Origin: a virus
Lineage: Duplodnaviria; Caudoviricetes
Length of the DNA stretch: 54,292 nucleotides
IMG/VR virus record: IMGVR_UViG_3300032093_000181
Span: 1 to 54,292 of that record
Strand: one strand, 5' to 3'
The stretch's first letter is position 1, and every line of letters starts with the position of its first letter. Below, piece after piece: positions 18,091 to 26,845 of the stretch. A model generated the notes under the pieces. The model was not told the DNA's origin. It saw nothing but the letters and a program-made list of their open reading frames with translations, and did not search any database. The translations under genes and the position numbers were made by a program.

Positions 18091-18271
18091 CCTCCTTCTT
18101 CTCCACAAAGCTAGGGCAGCGTTCATCTTCCATGATCCACGGCCCCATGTAGTACTGTCTCGTAGCCTCCGGGTGAACCGGAGAGTTCTTGAGGTTGCGT
18201 TTACATGCCTTGCAGTATTCAAAGCATGGGTTACCCGCACAGCGGGCGAAGTCTTGTGGTTGGTAGGTCAT
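18083..18271 (-). CDS. Small Cys-rich hypothetical protein
   Basis: 62 aa from ATG 18271 (DFARCAG..C..C..CKR), AAGGAG RBS. Confidence 0.6.
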   Translation of the reverse strand: MTYQPQDFARCAGNPCFEYCKACKRNLKNSPVHPEATRQYYMGPWIMEDERCPSFVEKKEDV

Positions 18272-18456
18272 TTCCGCTCCTTTGGCACTTCCACCAAGCA
18301 ATGCCCGCCCCTCAGTTGTAGGTCGCCCTCCACTCTCTTGACCGGACAGACGAGGATGATCTCTTTACCGTCCACCGTTCGCAAAGTGAAGCGCTCCATT
18401 TTTTGAACTGAGCAGGCCGACAGCAGTACTGCGCTGACGAGGGTTAGTTGTTTCAT
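18268..18456 (-). CDS. Putative small lipoprotein
   Basis: MKQLTLVSAVLLSAC: basic N-terminus, hydrophobic core, lipobox LSAC. Confidence 0.6.
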   Translation of the reverse strand: MKQLTLVSAVLLSACSVQKMERFTLRTVDGKEIILVCPVKRVEGDLQLRGGHCLVEVPKERK

Positions 18457-18710
18457 CCCTGCCCCCTTGCGCGGATGGCGGCGGCGCAGTCATACGCATC
18501 AGGTTCGTCCATCACGCGAGTGCTGTTCCAGTAGCTACGCTGTAGGTCATCACACACCTTCGCGCAGCTTTCACGCTCGGCAGCGGCGACAAGGGTGGCG
18601 AAGCGTTCAATGGCCTCGTCAGAGGCAATCGTGATGTCCCACATCTCTGGGCTATGGTGGGGTTTGAACCCAGACTCCCGCGCCATGCGGATGACGTCTT
18701 CCTTATTCAT
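18453..18710 (-). CDS. Hypothetical protein (ERESCAKVCD..CAAAIRAR family), paralog of 20504-20725
   Basis: ATGA-coupled to neighbours; shares DNA blocks with 20504-20725. Confidence 0.7.
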   Translation of the reverse strand: MNKEDVIRMARESGFKPHHSPEMWDITIASDEAIERFATLVAAAERESCAKVCDDLQRSYWNSTRVMDEPDAYDCAAAIRARGQG

Positions 18711-19048
18711 TGCTGCCCCCATGTAAACACTGAGTTCACCGCAACCTGCGGCACCTTTTTCTTCTCTCGGTATGCTTTCTTCCTCTCGTAGTCACTGATG
18801 ACCGGAGGTTTACTTGCGTTGCGTCTGTTGCCCACTGCGTAAACAGCACGGAGGTACTTCCTGCCGATACCCTCACGGGTCCATGAGTGGATGTAGATCT
18901 GCTTGGTCTGTACCCGTAACCGCATGGCAGAGAGCAGGCTGCTTACGTTTGGGTATGGATGGTCAGGAAAGTACGTAGCCACCTCACGCATGGTCATCGG
19001 CCCGCACTGCTCAAGCACACCCTTGACGTTTTCCCAGTTGAGTTTCAT
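18707..19048 (-). CDS. Hypothetical protein, possible winged-helix DNA-binding protein
   Basis: LEQCGPMTMREVA pattern; start at ATG 19048. Confidence 0.55.
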   Translation of the reverse strand: MKLNWENVKGVLEQCGPMTMREVATYFPDHPYPNVSSLLSAMRLRVQTKQIYIHSWTREGIGRKYLRAVYAVGNRRNASKPPVISDYERKKAYREKKKVPQVAVNSVFTWGQQ

Positions 19049-19437
19049 GTGATCCCATGCTGCTGCTCCGCAGCCCGCCAAGCCTCCATCCAGATCGTCA
19101 TCGGGTCATGCCCAAAGAACACCCCTTTGGGGGCCTTGTCCATGCGGTCGAACATCTCGTCAATGGTTGCTGGCGGCTTGCGCTGGGGTGGGGCGGTGTA
19201 GAGGGGCTCGATCTCGTTTGCCTGCTCCCGTGGGTAGTAGGTTGTTACCTTCCACGGCTGGACAAAACCCGGCGCGTCTGTAAGGTTTCGCATCCTCCAT
19301 CGCCACGCCACCGGCTCCTGCACCGGCTCTGCCAGCGCGGCCTCAAGAGCGGCAATCTCTGCGTATGTGTCGTAGTAACTGCTGGCGCGAACAAGTACCT
19401 CCAGCGCCTGCTGGGCGGCGGTTCGTAGGTCAGTCAT
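19045..19437 (-). CDS. Hypothetical protein (QQALE..EPVAW..LYTAPP family)
   Basis: ATGA overlaps; paralog of 19748-20101. Confidence 0.65.
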   Translation of the reverse strand: MTDLRTAAQQALEVLVRASSYYDTYAEIAALEAALAEPVQEPVAWRWRMRNLTDAPGFVQPWKVTTYYPREQANEIEPLYTAPPQRKPPATIDEMFDRMDKAPKGVFFGHDPMTIWMEAWRAAEQQHGIT

Positions 19438-19751
19438 GCCATGCTCCTTCCAATCTCTGATGCTGCCCTGACGATGGCGCGGCGATAGTCTTCGTCTGTG
19501 AAGTCAATGACAACTTCAGGCCATGCCCCCGCAACCACTCTGCGATCCATAAAGTCAATACACGCCTCCAACTTCACCGCCAGCCGCAGCGCATCGCCGT
19601 CGTCGGTGAGAGGGTTCCAGCAGGTTGAGCCGTTGACGATCCAAAGGCCGGAATTGGCGCACCCTTCCTCGTCGCGTTCAGCCTGTCGAGCGGCGTGAAT
19701 CTTCAGCCCCGCCGCCTTCGCAGCGGCCTCAAGCAGTTCGCGGTCAGTCAT
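19434..19751 (-). CDS. Hypothetical protein (WNPLTDDGDALRLAVKL family), copy 1
   Basis: ATGA overlaps; paralog of 20098-20415. Confidence 0.7.
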   Translation of the reverse strand: MTDRELLEAAAKAAGLKIHAARQAERDEEGCANSGLWIVNGSTCWNPLTDDGDALRLAVKLEACIDFMDRRVVAGAWPEVVIDFTDEDYRRAIVRAASEIGRSMA

Positions 19752-20301
19752 GCGTTTCGCTCCTTCAGCTTATCTTCAAGCCATAACACAAGCCCTTCAA
19801 CGCCGACATGCCGACAGACGTGTCTGGCTTTCTCATGCTCCTCCTCCGTCAGCCCTCGCCACTCGCGGCGGGGTGGGTGGGTGTAGAGAAGATTTCCTCC
19901 TACAGGCAGCGGGCAGCGCCAGTCGTCAAACTCTCGATCTCCACCTATCGTCACGTAGATGGACGCCACCGGCTCCTGCTCCGGCTGCTCCAGCGCGGCG
20001 CGGAGGGCGTCTTGGGCTTTCAAGACATAGTAGGGTTCGCTTAAACCCTCCAACGCCTCCAGCGCCTGCTGGGCCACGGCTCGGTCGATGGTGATGGTCA
20101 TTTCATGCTCCTTCCAATCTCAGCCGCAGCCCTGACGATGGCGCGGCGGGTGGCTGCGTAGGGGTCGTTGTTGAAAGCCCGAAGAATCTTGACGCCAGTT
20201 TGGTGCCTAATGGCAATGCTCCTGCGATCCATGTCAATTTCAAACAGCAACTTCACCGCCAGCCGCAGCGCATCGCCGTCGTCGGTGAGAGGGTTCCAGC
20301 A
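19569..20301. repeat. 54-bp identical direct repeat (19569-19622 and 20248-20301)
   Basis: CAACTTCACCGCCAGCCGCAGCGCATCGCCGTCGTCGGTGAGAGGGTTCCAGCA occurs twice. Confidence 0.9.
19748..20101 (-). CDS. Hypothetical protein (QQALE..EPVA..LYTHPP..WRGLT family)
   Basis: ATGA overlaps; paralog of 19045-19437. Confidence 0.65.
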   Translation of the reverse strand: MTITIDRAVAQQALEALEGLSEPYYVLKAQDALRAALEQPEQEPVASIYVTIGGDREFDDWRCPLPVGGNLLYTHPPRREWRGLTEEEHEKARHVCRHVGVEGLVLWLEDKLKERNA

Positions 20302-20415
20302 CAACACTCCGTTGTCGCTCACCTTGTGCGTCAAGCCGTTGGTGAACACATCTTCGTGCCATAGCTCAATCCCCGCCGCCTTCGCAGCGAGTTCAAGGAG
20401 TTCGCGGTCAGTCAT
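20098..20415 (-). CDS. Hypothetical protein (WNPLTDDGDALRLAVKL family), copy 2
   Basis: Start MTDRELLEL at 20415, set by alignment with its paralog. Confidence 0.7.
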   Translation of the reverse strand: MTDRELLELAAKAAGIELWHEDVFTNGLTHKVSDNGVLCWNPLTDDGDALRLAVKLLFEIDMDRRSIAIRHQTGVKILRAFNNDPYAATRRAIVRAAAEIGRSMK

Positions 20416-20507
20416 ACCCACCCCATCATTTTGAAAGCAACCTCGGTCGGCACGATGGCCGTAACATACGCCCGAGACACCGGGCACCAGTAATGGATGC
20501 GGGTCAT
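20412..20507 (-). CDS. 31-aa peptide MTRIHYWCPVSRAYVTAIVPTEVAFKMMGWV (not in ORF track)
   Basis: Fills the gap exactly with ATGA overlaps on both sides; AAGGA RBS. Confidence 0.55.
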   Translation of the reverse strand: MTRIHYWCPVSRAYVTAIVPTEVAFKMMGWV

Positions 20508-20725
20508 TGCTTATCCTTCCTTGCGCGGATGGCGGCGGCGCAGATGCCAACGGCCAGCGCAGGACGCGGCTCATCAATCGCGTGCAGCCGCGCCACTTCA
20601 AAGTCACACACCTTCGCGCAGCTTTCACGCTCCTGCTCCATCGCCTTATCCAGCATCTCCCGCAGTGCCCTGCTGGGGGCGAAGCCAAAGGTATTGCAGA
20701 GTTCGCGGAACTGATCGTCAGTCAT
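20504..20725 (-). CDS. Hypothetical protein (ERESCAKVCD..CAAAIRAR family)
   Basis: Paralogous C-terminus to 18453-18710; GGAGGTG RBS. Confidence 0.65.
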   Translation of the reverse strand: MTDDQFRELCNTFGFAPSRALREMLDKAMEQERESCAKVCDFEVARLHAIDEPRPALAVGICAAAIRARKDKQ

Positions 20726-20904
20726 GGCTGCTTCACCTCCATCAACATCATGATCTTTTTGATGGCTTCGTAGACTTCGATCCAGTCGTTCCAGCCGACG
20801 TATTGATTGATGTTGACCTTCACGGTGACCCCATCGACAAGCTCTACTGAGGCAACGACACCCATGTCATTGACTATGGATGCATGTGTAACTTCGATCT
20901 TCAT
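20722..20904 (-). CDS. Hypothetical protein
   Basis: 60 aa with ATGA overlaps. Confidence 0.55.
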   Translation of the reverse strand: MKIEVTHASIVNDMGVVASVELVDGVTVKVNINQYVGWNDWIEVYEAIKKIMMLMEVKQP

Positions 20905-21080
20905 ACGAAATACCCCACAAGAACACCAGCACCGACAAGTGCCAGGAACCAGATAACTAACTTAGCTACAACCTCAAGACCGTTAAAGTCTTCAGGTGCC
21001 TCGCATGATTGAGGACACGGGCAAGGTTTATCCCCCTGTTGGCAGGGACCCGTGCAGTGTGGGAAGTCCTTCATCTTCAT
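20901..21080 (-). CDS. Small Cys-rich membrane protein (not in ORF track)
   Basis: MKMKDFPHCTGPCQQGDKPCPCPQSCEAPEDFNGLEVVAKLVIWFLALVGAGVLVGYFV. GGAGG RBS; C-terminal transmembrane helix. Confidence 0.6.
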   Translation of the reverse strand: MKMKDFPHCTGPCQQGDKPCPCPQSCEAPEDFNGLEVVAKLVIWFLALVGAGVLVGYFV

Positions 21081-21312
21081 CCTCCTTTAGCAACCCGCGC
21101 CATTCGCGGTACAGGGTCATGGTTGGGCCAAGCTCGGCAACGCGCATGGCGTCATCAGGTGAATACGTGCCGATATACCACTGCTTGCCATCCCAGTAGG
21201 AGTAAACAATCAGTTCATCACCGTTGTGATGGTTGTATAGCTTGCGTTCGTAGACACCCTCACGCACTGGGCATTCCAGAGCGCCGAACCACGGGGTTCG
21301 TTTCATATTCAT
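21028..21312 (-). CDS. Hypothetical protein
   Basis: 94 aa, TPWF..PVREGVYER..YSYWDGKQW..WRGL. Confidence 0.65.
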   Translation of the reverse strand: MNMKRTPWFGALECPVREGVYERKLYNHHNGDELIVYSYWDGKQWYIGTYSPDDAMRVAELGPTMTLYREWRGLLKEDEDEGLPTLHGSLPTGG

Positions 21313-22256
21313 TCCTTCACCGCGTAAGCGGCTCGTTTTCTAGGTTCACCAGAGCCGCGCACGAACGGGCTCCACCAATACACACCACTCTTTCGTTGCT
21401 TGAAGTGTCCACGGACATAGTGCGCGGCCATACCGACGTTGGAAGTGATCGTCCCATCGTCTGAGACTTTCTCCAGAGCTGACAGATGCACTACGGTGAA
21501 CGCTGCCGATGACATCTTCTTACGTAGTCTTGCACCGTAGGCTGAGTTCCTAAACTTCCTCTCCGCTACGTGCTTCTTCTCGACCCCGGTCTTGCAGTTG
21601 ATCAGCATGGCGCAGGCGAATGCAAGTACAGGAATCTCCACTGCTGACTCGTGTATGTGAGTCATCACAGAAGACCCGTCCGGTGCGCCACCGAAAGCAG
21701 CATTGAGATGTTCGTAAATCCGGTTAACGGGGATCTTCGCTGCCTCAAACCCACGTAAACCCGCTAACGACATGATGACGCCGGTCTCGATTGCTCCGTC
21801 TGCTGTCCCCTTTGTGTTCAGCAATATCCTGTGGATGTCGTACTCGTTCACCCCCAATGTGTAAGAGAAAAGGCTGTGCTGCATCGCGCCGCTGACGAAC
21901 CGCCAGTACGGAGTACATACAAACCTAGACTCCTTAGGTATCTCCCAAATGTGTACGCCGACGTGGGATATCTGCTGTGATCCGCTCGGGGCCAAAGAAC
22001 GGAACGCACGGATCTCAGGAGTTATCTCATATTCAATAGCCGTATGTTCATACGGCATATGGTGGTCCTTGAGGTCAGGGAACTTGAAAGACTCCGACCG
22101 CACAAGTTTCTCCGCAGCCAGCGCAACTTCCGGAGACAGCACAAAGATCTGCGTCTTGTCTGGTGGGGCAGAGTCAGCCAAGTCCACAGGGATACCGTGC
22201 TCACGGGTCGCGCCACGGTCCCAGAACAGATTGATGATGGGCTTATTAGCAACCAT
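21309..22256 (-). CDS. Hypothetical protein with C-terminal HYVRGHF..WWSPFVRG motif
   Basis: About 315 aa from ATG 22256. The longer upstream extension overlaps another gene. Confidence 0.65.
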   Translation of the reverse strand: MVANKPIINLFWDRGATREHGIPVDLADSAPPDKTQIFVLSPEVALAAEKLVRSESFKFPDLKDHHMPYEHTAIEYEITPEIRAFRSLAPSGSQQISHVGVHIWEIPKESRFVCTPYWRFVSGAMQHSLFSYTLGVNEYDIHRILLNTKGTADGAIETGVIMSLAGLRGFEAAKIPVNRIYEHLNAAFGGAPDGSSVMTHIHESAVEIPVLAFACAMLINCKTGVEKKHVAERKFRNSAYGARLRKKMSSAAFTVVHLSALEKVSDDGTITSNVGMAAHYVRGHFKQRKSGVYWWSPFVRGSGEPRKRAAYAVKE

Positions 22257-22422
22257 GCTGCCCCCCGAGGCGCTCCACCTTCTTAGCGAGGAGCCACTTG
22301 TCCCCGAGGCGCTCCACAGATGCCACCCACTTCCTCGCATTGGCCCGGTTGATTTCTTTCGGCACATGCGGGACGCTCCACAGCTTGACTGCATGACGTA
22401 GAAGTTCAATCCTGTTTTTCAC
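22246..22422 (-). CDS. 58-aa hypothetical protein (RKWVASVERLGDKWLLAKKVER; not in ORF track)
   Basis: GTG start overlaps the VRR-NUC stop (GTGA) and the ORF fills the gap to the next gene. Confidence 0.6.
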   Translation of the reverse strand: MKNRIELLRHAVKLWSVPHVPKEINRANARKWVASVERLGDKWLLAKKVERLGGQHGC

Positions 22423-22715
22423 TTCATGTTCTCCTGAATCAATAAACTGAGTTGATGTACGTTGAACTCATCGACCACAAGGGCGATGCCCCCAGCGCGT
22501 TTGATTTGCGCGAGGTTGTAATCCTGCAAGGCAGTGGTCTTGTTACCCTTTGCTTTGCACTCGATGCCCACAAACCTTCCGCGTACACACGCGAGGATGT
22601 CAGGCACCCCTGACGCCCCATACCCGCCCGTCATGGGCTTGCATGAGTACGCGCCAAGATCCTTCAGAACTTTGTCAACTTGCGCTTTGACTTTTGCTTC
22701 CGGAGTTTTAGACAT
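22419..22715 (-). CDS. VRR-NUC domain nuclease (Holliday-junction-resolvase-like)
   Basis: TPEAKVK...SGVPDILAC..GRFVGIECKA...TALQ. Confidence 0.85.
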   Translation of the reverse strand: MSKTPEAKVKAQVDKVLKDLGAYSCKPMTGGYGASGVPDILACVRGRFVGIECKAKGNKTTALQDYNLAQIKRAGGIALVVDEFNVHQLSLLIQENMK

Positions 22716-22723
22716 GCGTACCC

Positions 22724-23131
22724 CTACAGTCCATTAGAGATTTCACTGAGTACGTCACGAGGCAGGATGATCACGTAGTAATACTCCTTGATGGGTTGGT
22801 ATACGTTGGGTGGTTCGAAATGAACGAGGTCCACTTTCCCTAGCCAACCTATACCGTCTAGCTTGGGGCTGTGGTTGTTCATGTACAGGTCCCCCGCTTG
22901 CGCCCAAGGGTTCGTGTTACGCGCCGGGATAGCCTTGATGAAACCCAACGCAATCTTTATGGGATCAGGCAGGGTCTCATCGGTGTAGTGCAACACCCGC
23001 TCTCGCGTTGTGTACAGTTTGTACATATCTCCTGACTGACACAGGACACAACGGTAGAGATCATCTTTCCGCCCATGCTTGTACGGCATGGGAGGGTAAC
23101 CTGCGAAGAAGCGATTGCTCCCACCGATCAT
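22724..23131 (-). CDS. Hypothetical protein
   Basis: Start at ATG 23131 (ATGA overlap, AGGAGG RBS). Confidence 0.6.
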   Translation of the reverse strand: MIGGSNRFFAGYPPMPYKHGRKDDLYRCVLCQSGDMYKLYTTRERVLHYTDETLPDPIKIALGFIKAIPARNTNPWAQAGDLYMNNHSPKLDGIGWLGKVDLVHFEPPNVYQPIKEYYYVIILPRDVLSEISNGL

Positions 23132-24072
23132 GCCCCCTCCTTTTTCTTGGGGATGACTACGTACATGAAACTGCTGATGTAGCACGTGCTCATGTCAAGT
23201 TCAGGGTAGTACTTGTCTGAGCGAGGGATGTGATACGGGTCCCGCACGTTGTAGTTGGTGACTTTCTCAAACTCTGTCTTGGCAAAGACCATATCGAGAT
23301 GGATAGGCTCGATGTCTTCTATCGTGGCGTAACGCTTGAGGTTTCTCGGGGCCTTCATTACATTGTGGATGGGCTCTTTCTCTGTCTCCCAGAAGTAGTA
23401 GATGGGATGCTCTACGGTAGATAGAGGAGACACCGCCAGGACATACACGCCCGCGTCGAAGCGAGCCTTGATTGCATTCTTGTCCTTGTCTTGTGCGACT
23501 TCAGCGTCGTAGTCACTCATCGCTGCGTTTAGCGTAACTATCACCTCATGTGGGAGGTAATCAGTCCGCTTGAGGGCGAACTGCGCCGCCGCCAATGCTG
23601 CTTGTGAAGGCACCCTGAATGTAATCTCCCTCGTGTCAGGTATCGCGTACTTGTACGAGGTCTGGAAGTCTTGGAAGAGAAAACTCTCTGCCCTGGATTG
23701 GCTGTATATCTCGTTGCACTTACGCAATGCAGCAAGCAGGCTGTGAATCTTCTTAGAAGACCGAGTGCTCTTGTCGCTGGAGTACTTGTCGCCGCGTGTC
23801 TTGTTGACAACGTGGTGCGTGTACCCGTAGATGTGGTCACCCCCATCTAACTGAACGGTGAGATAGCCAGCCTCGATGCCGCTGGGCAACACCAAATCTA
23901 CTGCCAACCTACCCCTGCGAGGGGTAGGATCGATGAGGAACCCTGTAGCAGTACAGAACTCTGCGGCAAGTACCGTCAGAGCGTTAGGGTACGAACTCAT
24001 CCGCAACTCAAACTTCTCGACGAGTGCGTCTGTTGGGTTATAGATGTAAGGACGAAGGTCAGATACTCGCAT
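23128..24072 (-). CDS. Hypothetical protein
   Basis: 314-aa ORF with AAGGA RBS. Confidence 0.7.
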   Translation of the reverse strand: MRVSDLRPYIYNPTDALVEKFELRMSSYPNALTVLAAEFCTATGFLIDPTPRRGRLAVDLVLPSGIEAGYLTVQLDGGDHIYGYTHHVVNKTRGDKYSSDKSTRSSKKIHSLLAALRKCNEIYSQSRAESFLFQDFQTSYKYAIPDTREITFRVPSQAALAAAQFALKRTDYLPHEVIVTLNAAMSDYDAEVAQDKDKNAIKARFDAGVYVLAVSPLSTVEHPIYYFWETEKEPIHNVMKAPRNLKRYATIEDIEPIHLDMVFAKTEFEKVTNYNVRDPYHIPRSDKYYPELDMSTCYISSFMYVVIPKKKEGA

Positions 24073-24099
24073 GATGACTTCCTTTGACTGATTGAAAAC

Positions 24100-25332
24100 T
24101 TACTTGTTGAACTTGACAAGCTTACCGCCCACGGGGACGCTCATCCTATCGTACTGAGTCACAAGCCACAAGGAGGGAATCGATATCCTCCAATCGATTT
24201 GTGCCTCGACGTAGCCGTCTGTAAATACAATCACAGCATCTGCTGAGATGTTATTTTTGATGATGTGATCGCTCACCGACCCGACGCGAGTGCCACCACC
24301 TCCACGGGGCTTGAGTAGAGTCTTGAGATTCTGATAGTCGCCTTCGAAGAGTTGCTCCCCGACCACCATCGTGCCCCACCACAAAACCCGGACACGCTCG
24401 GGAGTTACCATCTCACAGATAGATACCAGTTCTGAGACAAATAGTCCGAGTTCGCTGCCGCCGATAGAACCTGATGTGTCGATGGCAACAACAATCTCTC
24501 CTATCGTTTCATTCACGGTGGTAGGCAGGAGCATGGTGTCGATGACTCGACGGTTGTAGCGACGCCAGGAGTACTCATCCTTGCCTGATGTTGCATTGAC
24601 CACAAAGTCCATCAACTCTGCCCGCCAGTCAACCTGCGGTTCCAGCGACTCACCGATAGCGCGGGGGATATCAACCCCGAACCGACCAGCAATCAGGGCA
24701 CCCTCACGCAGCGCCCGGTCCACTGCCTCGCTCACCTTCTTTAGTTCCTCAGCGTCGGCTGGGCCACTGCTCAGGTCGTGCTCATCGAATCCACCGTATT
24801 CCGATGGATCATCCTTACCGGATTGAGACTGACCGGGCTGATTAGATGGATCGCCATTCTGTCCATTCTGGCATGGCTGTCCCGGCTGCTGCGGTTGAGA
24901 TTTCTTATTCTTCCTCAGGAGGCGATAGATTTCCCGCATCGACATGCCGTCGTACTGAGGCTCGTACAGCGCCCCTTGCGGAAGCTTGCACAGTCTCGTG
25001 TCCTTCAGCCCGTTGATGATCCCGTTGACCACATAGTCTGCTGCTATGTTTGCCGTGCGCCTATCTTCATTGAAGAGGTCACGGTTGTGGACCAGATGGC
25101 GCAGCGCCACGTGCAGGTTCTCGTGCAGCACGATGCCGTTGATCTCCTGATCGGAGAGTTTGGACATGAATGCTCTGCCGTAGAACTTGTCCAGTCCATT
25201 AGTCGCCGCAGTTATGGGCTCATCCGAGACTGAACTACTACCTGCCATCATCACGCCCGAGTACAGCGCAGTCTCGGGATGGCGCATGAGCGCCACGTGG
25301 GCCTTCTTGATTCTGATTTCGAGGTCAAGCAT
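24100..25332 (-). CDS. Metallopeptidase-like plus vWA domain protein (DUF2201-like)
   Basis: LHENLHVALRH (HExxH), ANIAADYVVN, Gln/Gly-rich linker, MIDAS motif DTSGS, GGGT, FTDG. Confidence 0.85.
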   Translation of the reverse strand: MLDLEIRIKKAHVALMRHPETALYSGVMMAGSSSVSDEPITAATNGLDKFYGRAFMSKLSDQEINGIVLHENLHVALRHLVHNRDLFNEDRRTANIAADYVVNGIINGLKDTRLCKLPQGALYEPQYDGMSMREIYRLLRKNKKSQPQQPGQPCQNGQNGDPSNQPGQSQSGKDDPSEYGGFDEHDLSSGPADAEELKKVSEAVDRALREGALIAGRFGVDIPRAIGESLEPQVDWRAELMDFVVNATSGKDEYSWRRYNRRVIDTMLLPTTVNETIGEIVVAIDTSGSIGGSELGLFVSELVSICEMVTPERVRVLWWGTMVVGEQLFEGDYQNLKTLLKPRGGGGTRVGSVSDHIIKNNISADAVIVFTDGYVEAQIDWRISIPSLWLVTQYDRMSVPVGGKLVKFNK

Positions 25333-25504
25333 CGTAGACTCCTTGTTCTGATACGTCATACACCATAGGTTTTGCGTGGGCCCAGTGCCCGTCGTAGGCG
25401 AACCCCTCGCTGTCTTGTTTTGCTTTCTCAGCAGCTTGTTCTTCTGATTCAGCGTTGATGAGGACGTAGATGGTCTTCACCAGTTGGACGTAATAGGTTT
25501 TCAT
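25325..25504 (-). CDS. Hypothetical protein
   Basis: 59 aa MKTYYVQL...; GGAGG RBS. Confidence 0.55.
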   Translation of the reverse strand: MKTYYVQLVKTIYVLINAESEEQAAEKAKQDSEGFAYDGHWAHAKPMVYDVSEQGVYDA

Positions 25505-25683
25505 ACACCCTCCGGGTTTTCCTGTTGCACTTCCACCTCTACCCCCATCTCTCTGATGAGAGATAAGACATGCGAGGTGAGCGTCTTGGTGCCAGCGATC
25601 TGGGCAAACAGCCCAGCCTTGCCACACACTGGGTAGTACACCCAGCTTCCGTACTGCTTCACGGCTTTGACTTTGATCTTCAT
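25501..25683 (-). CDS. Hypothetical protein
   Basis: 60 aa MKIKVKAVKQYG..YPVC..A..FAQIAGTKTLT; AAGGAG RBS. Confidence 0.6.
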   Translation of the reverse strand: MKIKVKAVKQYGSWVYYPVCGKAGLFAQIAGTKTLTSHVLSLIREMGVEVEVQQENPEGV

Positions 25684-25694
25684 TTGCTTTCTCC

Positions 25695-26768
25695 TTACAC
25701 CAGCACGTAGTTCACACGCATCCACTCACGGATGGCTGAGTTGTTCTTTGCCAGCTTCATGCGTTGGTTTGCCATCATCGTGAAGAAGATAGCCTGCACC
25801 TCGGCTGACTTGATGCGGTTGACGAACTCCATGAACGCGGACAGTTCATCCTGCGTTTCGAGTACATCGACAGCCTGGAACATCATCATCACTTGGGCAG
25901 CGATATCCTCTGGCACTTCGATGCCCTTCGGATCAGCGAGCACGTCCTTGACATCACGTACCTTGTCGCTCATCGACACGAACGCTGACATCGACCGGGC
26001 AGCAGCCTCGCCAAGGATGCCAGCGAGCTGCGCTTGCAACTCGTCTTCGCTCAAGCGATCCTTACGGGAGATCGGCACGTTCGCCTTTGCCAGAGACCGG
26101 GGAGACACGAACTGTCCGGGCTTACCCGGCTTGAAGATATACGGGTTATCTTCTTGATTGCCGTCGAGGTAGGACGCCATGCACCGAGGATTCAGAGCAA
26201 CCCATGTGCGGATGACCCGTGAGATACCCACCTTGCTGGCCCATGCATTCCACTTGTCTGCCTTGTGCTTTCGCACGTGGATGACAGCCACGCGATTGCC
26301 CACGTGACCGAGGAGTGCATCGCCCACCCCGTCCGTCACGTTGTTGGATGTAGCGAAGACATATGACCCCTTGGGCAGCGGCACATCACCCACCATGCGC
26401 TCAAGGATGAGCCGCGTGAAGATGATCTGCATCAGCTTCGGAGCCTTCAAGAACTCGTCGAGCAGGATGACCTTGGGTCGGTTTGCGCCCGGTCCTGACA
26501 GCTTGAAGAGGCTGGCTGCGTAGTAGTCCAGGGTGCGGGTCTCGTGGTTCGGGATGTTGGCACCGATGTCCATCATGTCCTTGACGGGGCAGTCCACGTA
26601 GATGTAGTCATACCCATCACCCATGCGCTCTTCGAGCATCTTGAGGATGCTGGTCTTGCCGATACCCGGCTCGGCCACAAGGATGTTCGTCACCTCGTCT
26701 CCCGTCACCTCGATGAGGTTGGCTGCTTGGTCCAGGGTGACGGTGGTGGTGAAACTGATGTTTGCCAT
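25695..26768 (-). CDS. AAA+ ATPase (MoxR-like)
   Basis: Walker A AEPGIGKT, Walker B ILLDEF, sensor-like ATSN, NR and SPRS motifs. Confidence 0.85.
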   Translation of the reverse strand: MANISFTTTVTLDQAANLIEVTGDEVTNILVAEPGIGKTSILKMLEERMGDGYDYIYVDCPVKDMMDIGANIPNHETRTLDYYAASLFKLSGPGANRPKVILLDEFLKAPKLMQIIFTRLILERMVGDVPLPKGSYVFATSNNVTDGVGDALLGHVGNRVAVIHVRKHKADKWNAWASKVGISRVIRTWVALNPRCMASYLDGNQEDNPYIFKPGKPGQFVSPRSLAKANVPISRKDRLSEDELQAQLAGILGEAAARSMSAFVSMSDKVRDVKDVLADPKGIEVPEDIAAQVMMMFQAVDVLETQDELSAFMEFVNRIKSAEVQAIFFTMMANQRMKLAKNNSAIREWMRVNYVLV

Positions 26769-26826
26769 GATTAAGACTTCCTTACTGAATGAAGAACTGA
26801 TTGAGAGAAAAATGTCGCGTTAACTT

Positions 26827-26845
26827 TGTCAAGTTCTCAGGGGGA
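26827..26845 (-). promoter_or_regulatory. TCCCCCTGAGAA box followed by a TTGACA -35 hexamer
   Basis: The 12-mer is identical to the copies at 30713 and 31423. The -10 is weak (TTCTCT at 17-nt spacing). Confidence 0.45.

Noticed and set aside
19569-20301. Repeat pair as the template/variable regions of a diversity-generating retroelement
   Set aside because: The copies are identical with no adenine-specific mismatches, both are coding, and no reverse transcriptase is in the window.
20416-20688. N-terminal extension of ORF 20098-20688 (similarly 21309-22409 and 17869-18240)
   Set aside because: The extensions overlap better-supported genes. Paralog alignment and RBS or ATGA coupling indicate the later starts.
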